In this document: piece after piece, positions 50,861-61,465 of the stretch
How the letters are laid out: every line of letters starts with the position of its first letter
Position numbering within the stretch: the first letter of the stretch is position 1
Source of the DNA: an uncultured cyanobacterium
GTDB lineage: Bacteria > Cyanobacteriota > Cyanobacteriia > Cyanobacteriales > Nostocaceae
DNA length: 64,000 bases
Reading direction: 5' to 3'
Assembly: GCA_963740315.1 (NCBI GenBank)
Contig: CAVUDP010000002.1
Coordinates: forward strand, 3,808,001-3,872,000
Position numbers and translations under genes: made by a program
The notes under the pieces: generated by a model
The model's input: only the letters and a program-made list of their open reading frames with translations
Told to the model about the DNA's origin: nothing
Databases searched by the model: none

Positions 50861-51983
50861 CTAATTCCATTCAGCTAGAGCAATTTTGCCAATAGTTTTA
50901 CCATGTTCAAGACGTTGATGAACATCCCGTAGATTTTTAGCATTGATAGGTTTAACTACATCATTGCAAGTTGAAATAATTACACCATTTTCAATTAGTT
51001 GACTCAACTCCCCCAGTAAATTACTTTGCTCTGCCATATCTGCTGTTTGATACATCGAGCGAGTAAACATAAATTCCCACACCAAGCCAGCACTCTTACT
51101 TTTTAAAGTATCCATATCTAGCGGTTGTTCGTTTTCCACAATCGAACAAATTGTGCCTTGGGGTTTAATCGCTTTAGTCATAGCTTCCCAGTGACCATCG
51201 GTGTCGTTCAAACAAAGAATATAAGTACCTAAGCAAAATTAATTGTATATTGTCATTGCGAGGAACGAAGCAATCCCAGCGTTTTGAAGATTTTAGAATG
51301 TTAAATTAATTTTGCACGACTACTTAATCAACATTTTGATAACCAATTTTCTCAATCTCTTCTGCTAGATTATTTCGATGATTGACCACTTCATCAGCAC
51401 CAAGTTTCTTACACCAAGCGATAGTTTCAGGACGAGAAGCTGTAGCAATAACATTGAGTTTGGCTATCTTTTTCGCTATTTGAATAGCAATAGAACCAAC
51501 TCCCCCCGAACCATTAATAATTAAAATTGATTTACCTGCATCTGCTCCTGTTTTATCAATATTCAATCTTTCAAACAAAGCTTCCCAAGCAGTGATACTA
51601 GTAAGAGGAAAAGCTGCTGCATTAGCAAAATCTAAATTCTGGGGTTTGCGTCCGACAATTCTGGCATCTACCAAATGAAATTCGCTGTTGCTACCAGGAC
51701 GGGTAATATCTCCTGCATAATAAACCTCGTCTCCAGGCTGAAATTCTTTTACTTCTGCTCCAACTTCTACCACTACACCTGCGGCATCCCAACCAAGAAT
51801 GCGGGGTTCGGATTCAACCTTATCTTTCGGTACGCGGACTTTAGTATCTACTGGGTTAACAGAAATAGCCTTGACTTGCACTAGTAAATCTTTGCCTTTA
51901 GCTGTGGGCTTAGGGATTTCCACATCTAACAGACTATTTCCGTTGTTAATGGGTAAATATTGAATTAAACCTACTGCTTTCAT
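50861..51983 (-). pseudogene. Zinc-binding ADH/quinone oxidoreductase family gene split by a MITE
   Basis: SVNPVDTK, GWDAAG, PLTSITAWE; removing the insert and one TA restores NVDYILCLND. Confidence 0.88.
51224..51324. mobile_element. 101 bp MITE with TA target duplication
   Basis: TA|AGTACCTAAGCAAAATTAATT...AATTAATTTTGCACGACTACT|TA; internal GTCATTGCGAG..CGAAGCAATC. Confidence 0.88.
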
Positions 51984-52055
51984 GGATTTTACCTTCAAAA
52001 TTTAAATATTATTATCTTCTGGTAACACAGCCTTATTTAGTAGAATCGAGCGCGG

Positions 52056-52612
52056 TTACTTTTTGGACTGCGCCTGAATAACGTCGAATTTACCATCCGT
52101 GCGTACATATATGATGCTTTCGTCTTTCGCATTAGACGAGACTTGATGCACCGACTTTCCCTTCGAGCCGAAATAACTACCCGGTACCAAGGTCTTAACG
52201 TCAGTCTCATTCGACACTTGGTACTGAGGTTGACCCTGGATTACTACAGCGCGGAACGTCGAGCCGTTGCTACGTATATTTCCAGTAAATCCAGCCGGTA
52301 GCTTGACAAGAGTTCCGTTCAACTGACCGTCCTGCGGGCTGCCCCAAAGAAAGGCTACCTTTGCTCCATTTTTAGAAGCTGGCATTCCTTCACTATCGAC
52401 CCAAACAATGTTCGATGCGTCCACGTTAATCGGCTTGTCATCGCTAGAAAATGCCTTGTCAGTCGGAAGGACGAGATACGGTCCACTGTCGATTTCTATG
52501 TACGCCAGGTTTTTGCTGCCCTCGGCAGCGGTAATGTGTACACCTCCGGCTGGCTGAGTCCAGAAAGAACCCTTCGGCAGCCACATCTTTTCGGCATTCG
52601 GGTCATCGTTTC
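52056..52612 (-). pseudogene. 5'-truncated DUF4437 (cupin-like) gene
   Basis: [23 protein letters not shown]; no N-terminus; GC-richer than flanks. Confidence 0.7.
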
Positions 52613-52619
52613 GTAGAAA

Positions 52620-52786
52620 CAAAGTTCAGAAACATTTTCACTTATTGCATAAAGTGCTTCACTTAATCTTTTGACATGAACAAGATTAAACTCTTTGAAA
52701 GAACCATCCTTCAAAAATTCTTGTAACAATCTAGCTTCCGCTAAATTATCTTCTATTAACAAGATGTTTATCGAGTTTGCTGTCAT
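52620..52786 (-). pseudogene. Truncated response regulator receiver (third gene of cph1-rcp1 locus)
   Basis: ILLIEDNLAEARLLQEFL...HVKRLSEAL then abrupt fusion to DUF4437 DNA. Confidence 0.75.
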
Positions 52787-52842
52787 TATGATTTTGGATT
52801 TTAGATTTTAACAACGGATGCTTTTGTTTTAGATTTTGGATT

Positions 52843-52885
52843 GGGAGTTAGGAGTTAGGAATTAGGAGTTAGGAGTTAGGAATTA
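52843..52885. repeat. (GGAGTTA)n heptamer tandem repeat
   Basis: Directly visible; reverse-orientation relative at ~6193-6229. Confidence 0.85.
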
Positions 52886-52897
52886 ATTGATAATTGC

Positions 52898-53356
52898 TCA
52901 CTGTTCACTGTTTTCCGGTGGTAAAGTTACTGTTTCTAACCAAAAGTCTTCAATTCTCTTAAGTATTTTGAACAATTGGCTGATATTGCGAGACTTAGTA
53001 ATGTAACAGTTAACGTGTAAGTCGTAACTGTGAAAAATATCATCCTCGTTCTGTGAAGTTGTCAAAACGATAACCGGAATACGTTTTAACTTGGAGTCAG
53101 TTTTAATTTCTGCAAGCACTTCCCTTCCATCTTTTCTGGGTAAATTCAAATCCAAGAGAATTAAATCGGGGCGAGGTGCTGTGTTATACTCGCCCTCCCG
53201 ACGCAAGAAAGCCATAGCTTCTATTCCGTCTCTAACTGCGAGCATTTCATGGGGTAAAGAACTATTTTTAAAAGCTTCTTGGATGAGACGAACATCTGCT
53301 TTATTGTCTTCTACCAAAAAGATGATTCTGGGTTTTTGTTCCTTTTCTGCGCTCAC
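52898..53356 (-). CDS. rcp1: Phytochrome-cognate single-domain response regulator
   Basis: [42 protein letters not shown]. Confidence 0.88.
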   Translation of the reverse strand: MSAEKEQKPRIIFLVEDNKADVRLIQEAFKNSSLPHEMLAVRDGIEAMAFLRREGEYNTAPRPDLILLDLNLPRKDGREVLAEIKTDSKLKRIPVIVLTTSQNEDDIFHSYDLHVNCYITKSRNISQLFKILKRIEDFWLETVTLPPENSEQ

Positions 53357-54562
53357 GTTCGCGTCCTTTTAATGGAATAGTAAAATTAAACGTTGCACCT
53401 TCACCTAATTGTGATTCTACCCAGATATTACCCCGATGACCCAAAGCGATTTTCTTACAAATAGCTAAACCCATTCCTGTACCTGGATATTCATCGCGGG
53501 TATGCAATATGAAGGAATATCACAAAAATGCGATCGCTAAATCGTGGTTCGATTCCAATTCCGTTATCGCTTACTGAAAATAGCCATTGATCTTCAGAGC
53601 GAGATACACCAATATGAATTTCTGGTGGTTTTTCACTGCGGAATTTAATCGCATTCGCAATCAAGTTTTGGAATAGCTGCATTAGTTGGGTACTATCAGC
53701 CATGACGGTTGGTAATTCGTCGTGAGTAATTGTAGCACCTGCTTGTTCGATGCGGCTGCGAAGATTTTTTAAGGCTTTTTCTAAAGCTTGTTCTGCTGAT
53801 ATTGGTGCAAACTCAATATTTTGCATATCTACTTTAGAATATGCGAGAACATCATCTATCAAAGTTTGCATCAAGCTTACCCCTCCGACGACATAACCTA
53901 TAAATTCGTTAGCGTCTTCATCGAGTGCATTTTGATAACGCATTTCCAACAGCTGTACGTAGTTTGCTACTTGATTCAAAGGTTCTTGTAAATCGTGAGA
54001 AGCTACGTAAGCAAACTTTTTCAATTCGGCATTAGAGCGTTCTAAATCTGCTGCTAAAAGCGCTAATTCTTCAGCCTGACGCAATACAATATTAACTATT
54101 GCTTTTCGTAATTCTAGTGCAGCTTTAATTTCAACAGGTCGCCAAGGTAAAGATGTTAAACGAACGGTTTGTTTCCACAATTCAAAAGATTTACGGGGAC
54201 ACAAACGTAAATTTTCTTCATCATCATTTATTTCAAATGCTTGATTGGGATTACCTCCTCAATTAACAGTTTCTGACCTAAATTTTTGTGGGATTAATAA
54301 AATCAAGCGAATCTTCTGCCAATCGCGATTTGATTATGCCAATTTTATAAGGGTCTAATAAATCTTCTAAATTTATTTCTAATAGATTTTCTAGAGGTAC
54401 ATCAAGAACTGAAGCAGCATTACGGCTAACTTGTACAATTTTTAAGTCTGGTTCTTCAAGAACAAGTATTACACCGTGATGCTGAATTTGACTGTTCAGA
54501 TTAATTATTGGTTCTTTTAAGCTTGTTAAATTTAGAGAATTTAGTTTTGAATCTATTAGCAT
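53301..54562 (-). pseudogene. cph1: Cph1/AphA-type phytochrome kinase with GAF/PHY deletion, nonsense codon and frameshift
   Basis: PAS (QIQHHG..QVS.N) joined directly to TVN*GGNP..PRKSFELW..ASHDLQEPL; frameshift near 53510. Confidence 0.85.
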
Positions 54563-54658
54563 GATAAAGCTCCTATATTTTTCGTCTTAATGCTAGTTAT
54601 TTATAATTTTCAGTCACCTTACTAATATCTTTAACGTTAAAGCACGAATAACAGTACC

Positions 54659-55087
54659 TTAGAAATAGCGAACTAAAAAGCTATTAATTCCTCTTCTTTT
54701 AGTACCGTATACTCCCCATCCACTTAGAGTACCCGAGGAACCAGCAATAGTTGCTCCTTCCTCAGTTATAACTTCACCCGCTACAGCATAAGCATCCCCA
54801 TCAACGCGGGCATTTTTTTGTAAAATTACATCCCCATCAATAGCGGTCGCCGTTTGTCTGACTCTAGCATCTTCTTCAATAGTTACGTCTCCCCCAATAG
54901 CATGAGCGTTATCTACAACTGTATTTTTAGGAATCCTGACATCACCACCCAGTCGGATAATATTATCGTTGTTAATATCAATATCCGCTTGTGCCAAAGC
55001 TATTGTTGAAAATATTGGTACAAATAAAATAGCACTCAAAATTGATATCAATACCCAATTTAACCATTTTATTCTTAAATATTTCAT
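54659..55087 (-). CDS. Exported beta-helix (polymer-forming/bactofilin-like) protein, possibly truncated
   Basis: Signal/TM; GGDV..I..A.V repeats. Confidence 0.55.
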   Translation of the reverse strand: MKYLRIKWLNWVLISILSAILFVPIFSTIALAQADIDINNDNIIRLGGDVRIPKNTVVDNAHAIGGDVTIEEDARVRQTATAIDGDVILQKNARVDGDAYAVAGEVITEEGATIAGSSGTLSGWGVYGTKRRGINSFLVRYF

Positions 55088-55262
55088 TGGCTGATTCCTT
55101 ATTTATAGATGTTTAAATTTTTATTTACCCCTTATAAAAAAGATGGGAAGGGGACAAAAAGAATTAATTATTCAAAACTCCTAACTTCTAAATCTTTAAT
55201 CTTCAATCTAAAATTGCTTAACTTCCGTACTGGTAACTGCTCACTGATAACTGTTAACTGTT

Positions 55263-55889
55263 TTACCCACTACACCAAGTATCGAACATCCGAGTTTCCA
55301 TAGCTTCTGGAAATTCTTCGCAGTATTCTTCAAAGGCAGTTTTAGAAACTCTCTTTGCTTCCTGATGTGCTAACTCTGCTTGCAGTTCGTCAACAATATC
55401 CCAAACAATAGCGCACTCTTCGGAACGAGGAGAGGTTTCTTTGCAAGTAACGCGGGCTTTTTTAATTGCATCTTCAAGTTCTTGTCTTAATACTACTGCC
55501 CGAGGTGATTCTAGAAACTTACTTTCATTAATGATATCGACAAGCGAAATGATACCCATCAATTTTCCTTGAATCACGGGTGCCCTGAGTAAACGATATT
55601 CGGCAAATAACCGCGCTACATATTCTACGCCCAAATCGGGATTGACTACTATGCAGGGTTTACTCATAATTTCATACACGCGCACTTTGGCAGGATCTTT
55701 ACCAAAAGCAATTACTTTGTAAACTATGTCTGCTTCGGTAATAATGCCGTAAGCATCTCGATCGTGACGACGTTCTACAATTAATGCGTGCCAACCTCTA
55801 GCTTGCATTAATTTAACAGCTTCTGCCACAGTTGCGGAACTGCGAACGGTGGCAACATCTGTAGTCATAACGTCTGCTGCTCTCAACAT
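55263..55889 (-). CDS. CBS-CP12 fusion protein
   Basis: CBS pair + C..EECAIVWDIVDELQAE..FEEYCEEFPEA. Confidence 0.88.
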   Translation of the reverse strand: MLRAADVMTTDVATVRSSATVAEAVKLMQARGWHALIVERRHDRDAYGIITEADIVYKVIAFGKDPAKVRVYEIMSKPCIVVNPDLGVEYVARLFAEYRLLRAPVIQGKLMGIISLVDIINESKFLESPRAVVLRQELEDAIKKARVTCKETSPRSEECAIVWDIVDELQAELAHQEAKRVSKTAFEEYCEEFPEAMETRMFDTWCSG

Positions 55890-56566
55890 AATCCACCTCC
55901 GTGGTATTTAGAATGATGTCTTAAACGTGGTTTTAATAACCAAATCAAAGCGATACCTGTAATCGAACTAATGACAATTCCCATTACTGCACCCGTCGCT
56001 ACCGCAATTAAAGATGCATGAATGTTAAAGAAGGGTATCTCAATTCCCGCACCAATAAAAGCTACTACAACACCTAACGACCAAGCCAAAGCATTAGCAG
56101 ACACCCACCAAATTGCTTTTTTAGTTGCAGCTCTGAGAATTAGCCATTGAGCATACCCGATTACTGTTCCGACAGCAGCACCTAATAAGGCAACTTCTTC
56201 TACTAATACTAATGTTGTAATTTTCTGATGGAGATTAGCTGCATAAAAAAGCCCGATAACAGCGCTTACCGTTAATCCCATAAACCAAGATACAAGCACT
56301 CCTGCTGTTGTAAAGAAAACCCAATAACTTGCGTATTGGATATGGCGACGTAAAACCAACCATTGAGCAAATCCTAATAAAAGTCCTTCTAGAGTTCCTA
56401 GTAACAGCAAAACTTGGTATATATTTTCAATGCCAAACTTATCGATTGCTTGACTAAGATAAGCTGCTACAAACCAGCCTATAATTTGAGCTATAGTCGA
56501 AGCTATTACCCATCTTTCCCATAATTTCAAGCTGTTATTTTCTTTGAGTCGATAATGCTTGTGCAT
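55883..56566 (-). CDS. Multi-pass membrane protein
   Basis: Repeated G.AQWL.LR motifs; start set at ATG 56566 because a CTCA promoter lies inside the longer ORF. Confidence 0.7.
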   Translation of the reverse strand: MHKHYRLKENNSLKLWERWVIASTIAQIIGWFVAAYLSQAIDKFGIENIYQVLLLLGTLEGLLLGFAQWLVLRRHIQYASYWVFFTTAGVLVSWFMGLTVSAVIGLFYAANLHQKITTLVLVEEVALLGAAVGTVIGYAQWLILRAATKKAIWWVSANALAWSLGVVVAFIGAGIEIPFFNIHASLIAVATGAVMGIVISSITGIALIWLLKPRLRHHSKYHGGGLC

Positions 56567-56657
56567 GATATTCTCCGTCCACAAAGATTTGCTGTTAGCC
56601 TTGGGAGTTAAAAATAAAACTTTTACAGGTTTTAACCTCTGAATTGGTCTATATTTT

Positions 56658-56689
56658 GTTATATGTGAATAATTTGAGGAACTTGTGAG
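56658..56689 (-). promoter_or_regulatory. CTCA box + -10 TATAAC
   Basis: Minus strand CTCACAAGTTCCTCA AATTATTCACA TATAAC. Confidence 0.82.
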
Positions 56690-56713
56690 CGTCCGATTCA
56701 CTATGAACCAAAA

Positions 56714-58285
56714 TTACGAATTAGTAATTATTCCGTCAAATTTCCACGAATGCAGAGCGCGTAATTGAGATGTCTTTTTCGATTGATGTTCCTGCATTCT
56801 TTTCAGCACATCATCTAATATGCTGACGGCTTGAGCTTGGTAACGTCCTTTATTTAACATTACGCATTCCGCCCTTTCAGCCATTGCTGCATCGGTCATT
56901 TCAGCGCGAGAGGGAACTCCTTTTTTTACAAATTGCTCTAATACTTGTGTTGCCCAAATCACTGGAACATGAGCGGCTTCACATAGCCAAAGTATTTCCT
57001 CTTGCATTTCTGCTAGCCGCTGATAGCCAATTTCTACCGCTAAATCCCCGCGAGCAATCATCACCCCAAAAGGTTGTTTACCCGCAGCACGGATAATTAG
57101 TTGGGGAAGATTTTTTATTGCTTGGGGAGTTTCAATTTTTGCTACCAATGCGATTTCATCATGCGAACGTTTATGCTTACGAGCTTCTAACTCTTGCTGT
57201 AAAAGTTCAATATCTGCAACCTCTTGCACGCCGGAGTAACCGACGATATCAGCATGGGTAACAATAAAGTCCAAATCCTCTTTGTCCTTATCCGTAAGTG
57301 GACTCAATTTGAGCGAAGTATCTGGAAAATTTATTCCTTTGTCGGCAGAAATTTTTTCCCCTTTGTCCCTAGCATGAGTAATTTTTATTACTACTCCTTG
57401 GGGCATCAAACATTCAACATAGCCACCAATACGTCCATCATCAATCCAAACACTGGCTCCTATTTCCAAGCTATCGATAATTGACGGAATAGTAATTGTT
57501 GCTTGCCAAGATCCAGGAGTTTCAAAATTAGAGCCATTTTGCGATTCTAAATCGGGTAATTCACGTCTTAGAAGTAAAGAATCTCCGGGAAATATATGCT
57601 TATACCCATAAGGAGCAATAACGCGCTCAATTCGGGGTTTTGCTCCTGCCAAATCCATCATAATTTTACAACGCTGTCCGGTTTGGGCTTCTGCTCGACG
57701 GACATGAGAAATTATTGCTTCCCAGGTTTGTGGTGAGTCATGAGCGCAGTTAATTCGCACGCAGTTAGTACCTTTATGCAGCAAATCTTGAATATTTTTG
57801 TAATTGAGGGAGGTGGTTGAGGGTAATGTCGCCATGATTCTTACCCACCGTTGATTGTTGATTGTACCTAAAACATCTTCTGTATGATGTCTGAGAAGAT
57901 ATTCTCCTTCTAAAAAAGAATGTATTGAAGGACGACTGGGGAGAGAATTCGGTTCTGAAGAGCAAATAGCACCCAAAGTAGAAATTACTGCGTCTAAGTT
58001 AGGTAATACTCTTGCTTCTATTCTACCGAGAGATGACAATCCCCAAGGTGTTAAAGCTGCTTGTAAACTACGTAAATCGTGATGCCTTAAAGCTAGATAA
58101 TACGCTAGATTTTCAGCACTTTTGATAAAAGAATCTCGTTGAATATGGGGTTTCCATTGGGAAAATATTTCTTGTCCTTCTTGATATACCGATTGACGAA
58201 TCTCTTCAAGAGTAGCAAGCAATACTTGAGGATCATCTAAATCTCTAGATTGAGTTTCACCACCATGATTTTGGACGCTCAACAT
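56714..58285 (-). CDS. pyk: Pyruvate kinase (atypical, N-terminally extended)
   Basis: RINCAHD, MDLAG.K, KGIN, AKIET, MIARGDL, WATQVLE, RAEMTD, CVMLNKG. Confidence 0.88.
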   Translation of the reverse strand: MLSVQNHGGETQSRDLDDPQVLLATLEEIRQSVYQEGQEIFSQWKPHIQRDSFIKSAENLAYYLALRHHDLRSLQAALTPWGLSSLGRIEARVLPNLDAVISTLGAICSSEPNSLPSRPSIHSFLEGEYLLRHHTEDVLGTINNQRWVRIMATLPSTTSLNYKNIQDLLHKGTNCVRINCAHDSPQTWEAIISHVRRAEAQTGQRCKIMMDLAGAKPRIERVIAPYGYKHIFPGDSLLLRRELPDLESQNGSNFETPGSWQATITIPSIIDSLEIGASVWIDDGRIGGYVECLMPQGVVIKITHARDKGEKISADKGINFPDTSLKLSPLTDKDKEDLDFIVTHADIVGYSGVQEVADIELLQQELEARKHKRSHDEIALVAKIETPQAIKNLPQLIIRAAGKQPFGVMIARGDLAVEIGYQRLAEMQEEILWLCEAAHVPVIWATQVLEQFVKKGVPSRAEMTDAAMAERAECVMLNKGRYQAQAVSILDDVLKRMQEHQSKKTSQLRALHSWKFDGIITNS

Positions 58286-58317
58286 TTCTACTATCTCCCG
58301 ATACTTTTGTTTTTTTA

Positions 58318-58349
58318 TTTATACGAAATAAACTTGAGAAACTTGTGAG
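58318..58349 (-). promoter_or_regulatory. CTCA box + -10 TATAAA (pyk)
   Basis: Minus strand CTCACAAGTTTCTCA AGTTTATTTCG TATAAA. Confidence 0.8.
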
Positions 58350-58371
58350 GTTGTGTCGATATCTCGATATG

Positions 58372-58403
58372 CTCACAAGTTCCTCATCTTTTTTATTTAC
58401 AAC
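58372..58403 (+). promoter_or_regulatory. CTCA box + -10 TACAAC (divergent partner)
   Basis: CTCACAAGTTCCTCA TCTTTTTTATT TACAAC. Confidence 0.8.
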
Positions 58404-58592
58404 GGAATTGTAAAAGAATGCAGGAGTAATTAGGTTACAAGCATCCGATTGAGGACGAATGATAAAAACCGTTCTTCGCTGTGAAACGGACATTCCACGA
58501 ACGGATGTAAACGCACATTTAATGTAGAGACGTAGCAGTGCTACGTCTCCATAATCTAGGCATTCACCCAAATGTTAATAATTAGAATTATC

Positions 58593-59552
58593 ATGAAAAT
58601 TAAACAACAAAACCTCGAAGCTTATCTCCAATTAGTGGAACAACTGCTAAGTTGTCCTCACGGTGAAGAATGGACATTATTAGAGCGCAACGAACAATTG
58701 GTTAATCCTGAGTTTGTCAAAGTACTCGAACAACTTGCAGTACAAATGGCAGGAGAGGGGAAAGCAGATGCCGCTAAGTATTTGCACCATTGGTCAAAGC
58801 AAATAAATCACCTATTTGAAGTCGCGGTTCATCATGAAAGTAGTGACGAAAAATCTCAAGCTTATCTAAAGCTAATTCAATCTTTATTAGATTGTCCTAG
58901 TGGTTCGGAAGTCGATATTTTAGCAGCAAACGAACAGTTAATTGACGCTAGCTTAGTCAAAATGATGAAACAAGTAGCGGCTCAAATGGGGACACGTAAT
59001 GAAGCAGAAGCGGCTAGTTTTTTAAGTAATTTAGCTGCCGAAATTGGTCGTAATTTAGTGCCAGTTGATAACTATAAAGCCAATTTACAGAAGGATGCTT
59101 CATTAGCTGGTTTAGATAAAAACAATCGCTTTGTCAACTTTGAAAGATTTAACGAACCTTTGGGAATTCCTCAACAAAAGCCAAATAATGGGATAGCAAA
59201 AGAAACTACTGCACCATCCCAACCACAAGTAAATGATTCGACGAAGCAGTGGATTGATGAAAGTCTTGCAGAAATAGCAGAATCATTAAGAAACCTCGAA
59301 GACATTGTGTTTTCAAGACTGCAACCCTCAAATCCCCTTTGGTATATGGATATATTAGAACGCGCTCAAGCTAATGCTTGGGTACTAACTACTGAAGAAG
59401 TAGAAGATTTGATTGGAGTAAAACCTAGATGTGAAGCGGGTAAAAATTCTTATCAGCGAGGCTGTTGGCTATTTGTGAAAGCAGGTAAGATGGGTTCTCA
59501 TACAGGCTGGCGAGTGATGAAGGAAGAGGTTGAAATGTCGGGGGAAATTTGA
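58593..59552 (+). CDS. Hypothetical cyanobacterial protein with duplicated helical domain
   Basis: Two AYL.L...LL.CP.G.E..L..NEQL repeats; C-terminal W.LTT.EV..LIGVKP domain. Confidence 0.7.
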   Translation: MKIKQQNLEAYLQLVEQLLSCPHGEEWTLLERNEQLVNPEFVKVLEQLAVQMAGEGKADAAKYLHHWSKQINHLFEVAVHHESSDEKSQAYLKLIQSLLDCPSGSEVDILAANEQLIDASLVKMMKQVAAQMGTRNEAEAASFLSNLAAEIGRNLVPVDNYKANLQKDASLAGLDKNNRFVNFERFNEPLGIPQQKPNNGIAKETTAPSQPQVNDSTKQWIDESLAEIAESLRNLEDIVFSRLQPSNPLWYMDILERAQANAWVLTTEEVEDLIGVKPRCEAGKNSYQRGCWLFVKAGKMGSHTGWRVMKEEVEMSGEI

Positions 59553-59556
59553 GATT

Positions 59557-59581
59557 TATTCTCCGTGCAACACGGAGAATA
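59557..59581. terminator. Hairpin between convergent genes
   Basis: TATTCTCCGTG CAA CACGGAGAATA. Confidence 0.7.
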
Positions 59582-59583
59582 TT

Positions 59584-60327
59584 TTATTTACCATTACCAC
59601 CCGGTAGGAGAAGTGGTAAAATATCTTTCAAGCCATCAGGCAGTTTCGCTACTCTTTCAAACAAGCTAGTTATGCCGTTAACCTTTAATGCTAAGTTTAT
59701 AACTTGAGTTGCCATTTCTTGCGCCTGTTTTGGCATTAGACTCCATTTAAAAATTATTCCTCCAGCTACGTTATTAGTAACTTTATTTAATCCACTTGAA
59801 GATACAATTTGGTAATTGGTAATTGCATCTTCAATTTTTCTTAGTTCATTAATCAGAAATAATTTTGTTGCTTTCTCTATTTCCGAATTACGGATTTCAT
59901 CCTGCAAATTTATAATTTGTTTTTGTAGTTCTTCTAATTCTTTGGAAGAAATCTCATTAAATCCTCCAGATTGAGATGTTATTAAATCTCCACAAGCATC
60001 AATTAAATCAAGTGTTTCTTCCCCAATACTTGATTTAATGCTTGCCCAATTTGAACCAGTTAAGTTACTTCTCATCAAAACTTGTTGAATTTTGCTCAAT
60101 GCATTGAGATATTTTTCTTTCCGATTAATATCTATTCCCTGAATATCATCTTTTACATTATTAAAAAGTTCAAATAAATAACTCAGCTTATCAGATATAT
60201 CAGCAGTATCGTTGTTTGCTCCAAGTACTTTAGCCCAGACATTTTGCGCGGCTTGCTTCTCATCTTCATCCCAAGCTTGTTTAAGCAGATTGTAGAGTTG
60301 TTTCCCAGAACTTATCGGCTCTGTCAT
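59584..60327 (-). CDS. Hypothetical helical protein (AT-rich)
   Basis: 247 aa ORF, no recognised motif. Confidence 0.6.
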   Translation of the reverse strand: MTEPISSGKQLYNLLKQAWDEDEKQAAQNVWAKVLGANNDTADISDKLSYLFELFNNVKDDIQGIDINRKEKYLNALSKIQQVLMRSNLTGSNWASIKSSIGEETLDLIDACGDLITSQSGGFNEISSKELEELQKQIINLQDEIRNSEIEKATKLFLINELRKIEDAITNYQIVSSSGLNKVTNNVAGGIIFKWSLMPKQAQEMATQVINLALKVNGITSLFERVAKLPDGLKDILPLLLPGGNGK

Positions 60328-60543
60328 ACTTTTTATTTAGTATTTAACATCACTCAGTATTATAGCGAAGCTAGCAGGATATTTGCTGTATACAGAAAAT
60401 TATTTTAGATATCCTTCGATTATTTAGTATTACGGTTTAATTAGGTAAGCTATAAATATCACAAATCAAAGTGCGACTGACTTGAAGCCAATCGCACTTG
60501 TGGTTTATTCATAAGCAAATACCATCATTATACGAATCATCAT

Positions 60544-61056
60544 TTAGAAGCGATAACCAACTCCTCCTTGGAGACTAACAGCATCAGCAGAGCTATTTTC
60601 ATAGGCATCAATACCCCATTTTGCATCACCATAAACGATAACGCGATCGCTAACTTCGGATTCTGCACCAAGAGTAATTACAGCAGCATTTCTGTTACCC
60701 AGAGGGGTGTTGTCACCTTCGTCTGTAATCCAGGAATAACCAGCACCGAAGTAAAGGTTAGTATTGTCGGCAATTGGTGTATCAATAGTTAGCATTGGCA
60801 TAATAGCCGCAGCATCACCACCAAATAAAACTGCACCCCTCGCAGACATAGATGCTTCCGGAATTGCATAACGTCCTTGAACGTTACCACCGAATACTTC
60901 ACCATCGTTTCCTTGTCCGCCGCTAGTAACACCTCCTGCAATACCAACACCGATATAACTACCATCCATACCCATCGGTTGGGCAGCAGCAATTCCGCCC
61001 GAAAGAATAACGGAAGTTGCAGCTCCGAGGCTAATTGCGACATTAAAAAATCTCAT
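60544..61056 (-). CDS. Small outer-membrane beta-barrel protein
   Basis: Signal peptide; alternating strands; C-terminal GVGYRF. Confidence 0.8.
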   Translation of the reverse strand: MRFFNVAISLGAATSVILSGGIAAAQPMGMDGSYIGVGIAGGVTSGGQGNDGEVFGGNVQGRYAIPEASMSARGAVLFGGDAAAIMPMLTIDTPIADNTNLYFGAGYSWITDEGDNTPLGNRNAAVITLGAESEVSDRVIVYGDAKWGIDAYENSSADAVSLQGGVGYRF

Positions 61057-61186
61057 ACAACCCTCCCGATATAGACTATTCTTAGCTATATCAATTAAAA
61101 GATTTATCTTGATGTAGGATTTTTTCTACATTTTCTCGATTCGATAGAAAGGAATATTTGACAACTTCTACTTTCTATCTACTTTT

Positions 61187-61218
61187 AAGATAACGAAAAA
61201 ACTTGAGGAACTTGTGAG
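61187..61218 (-). promoter_or_regulatory. CTCA box + -10 TATCTT
   Basis: Minus strand CTCACAAGTTCCTCA AGTTTTTTCGT TATCTT. Confidence 0.8.
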
Positions 61219-61288
61219 TATACAAATGTTAATCATACAAATTCACTTATTGTGATAAAGAAAAGAGAGAAAAACGGCTTTCTAGTCC

Positions 61289-61307
61289 CTCACAAGTTCC
61301 TCAAATT
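61289..61307 (+). promoter_or_regulatory. Consensus CTCA box without a -10 at the 11 bp spacing
   Basis: CTCACAAGTTCCTCAAATT. Confidence 0.65.
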
Positions 61308-61465
61308 TTTTGTATCTTCGTCGTAAAGTGATTTTTTTAATCTCATACTAAAAATTAGATGTGAAGAACTTGTAGAGTTTTAATTCAACTATATCCAACA
61401 ACTTGTAAGTATCATTTTGAAGAAAGTATTAAATATAGCGATACTTAAGTACGAATAATTACTTC

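Noticed and set aside
58257..58571. 104 aa ORF
   Set aside because: Spans divergent promoter boxes and a REP-like hairpin
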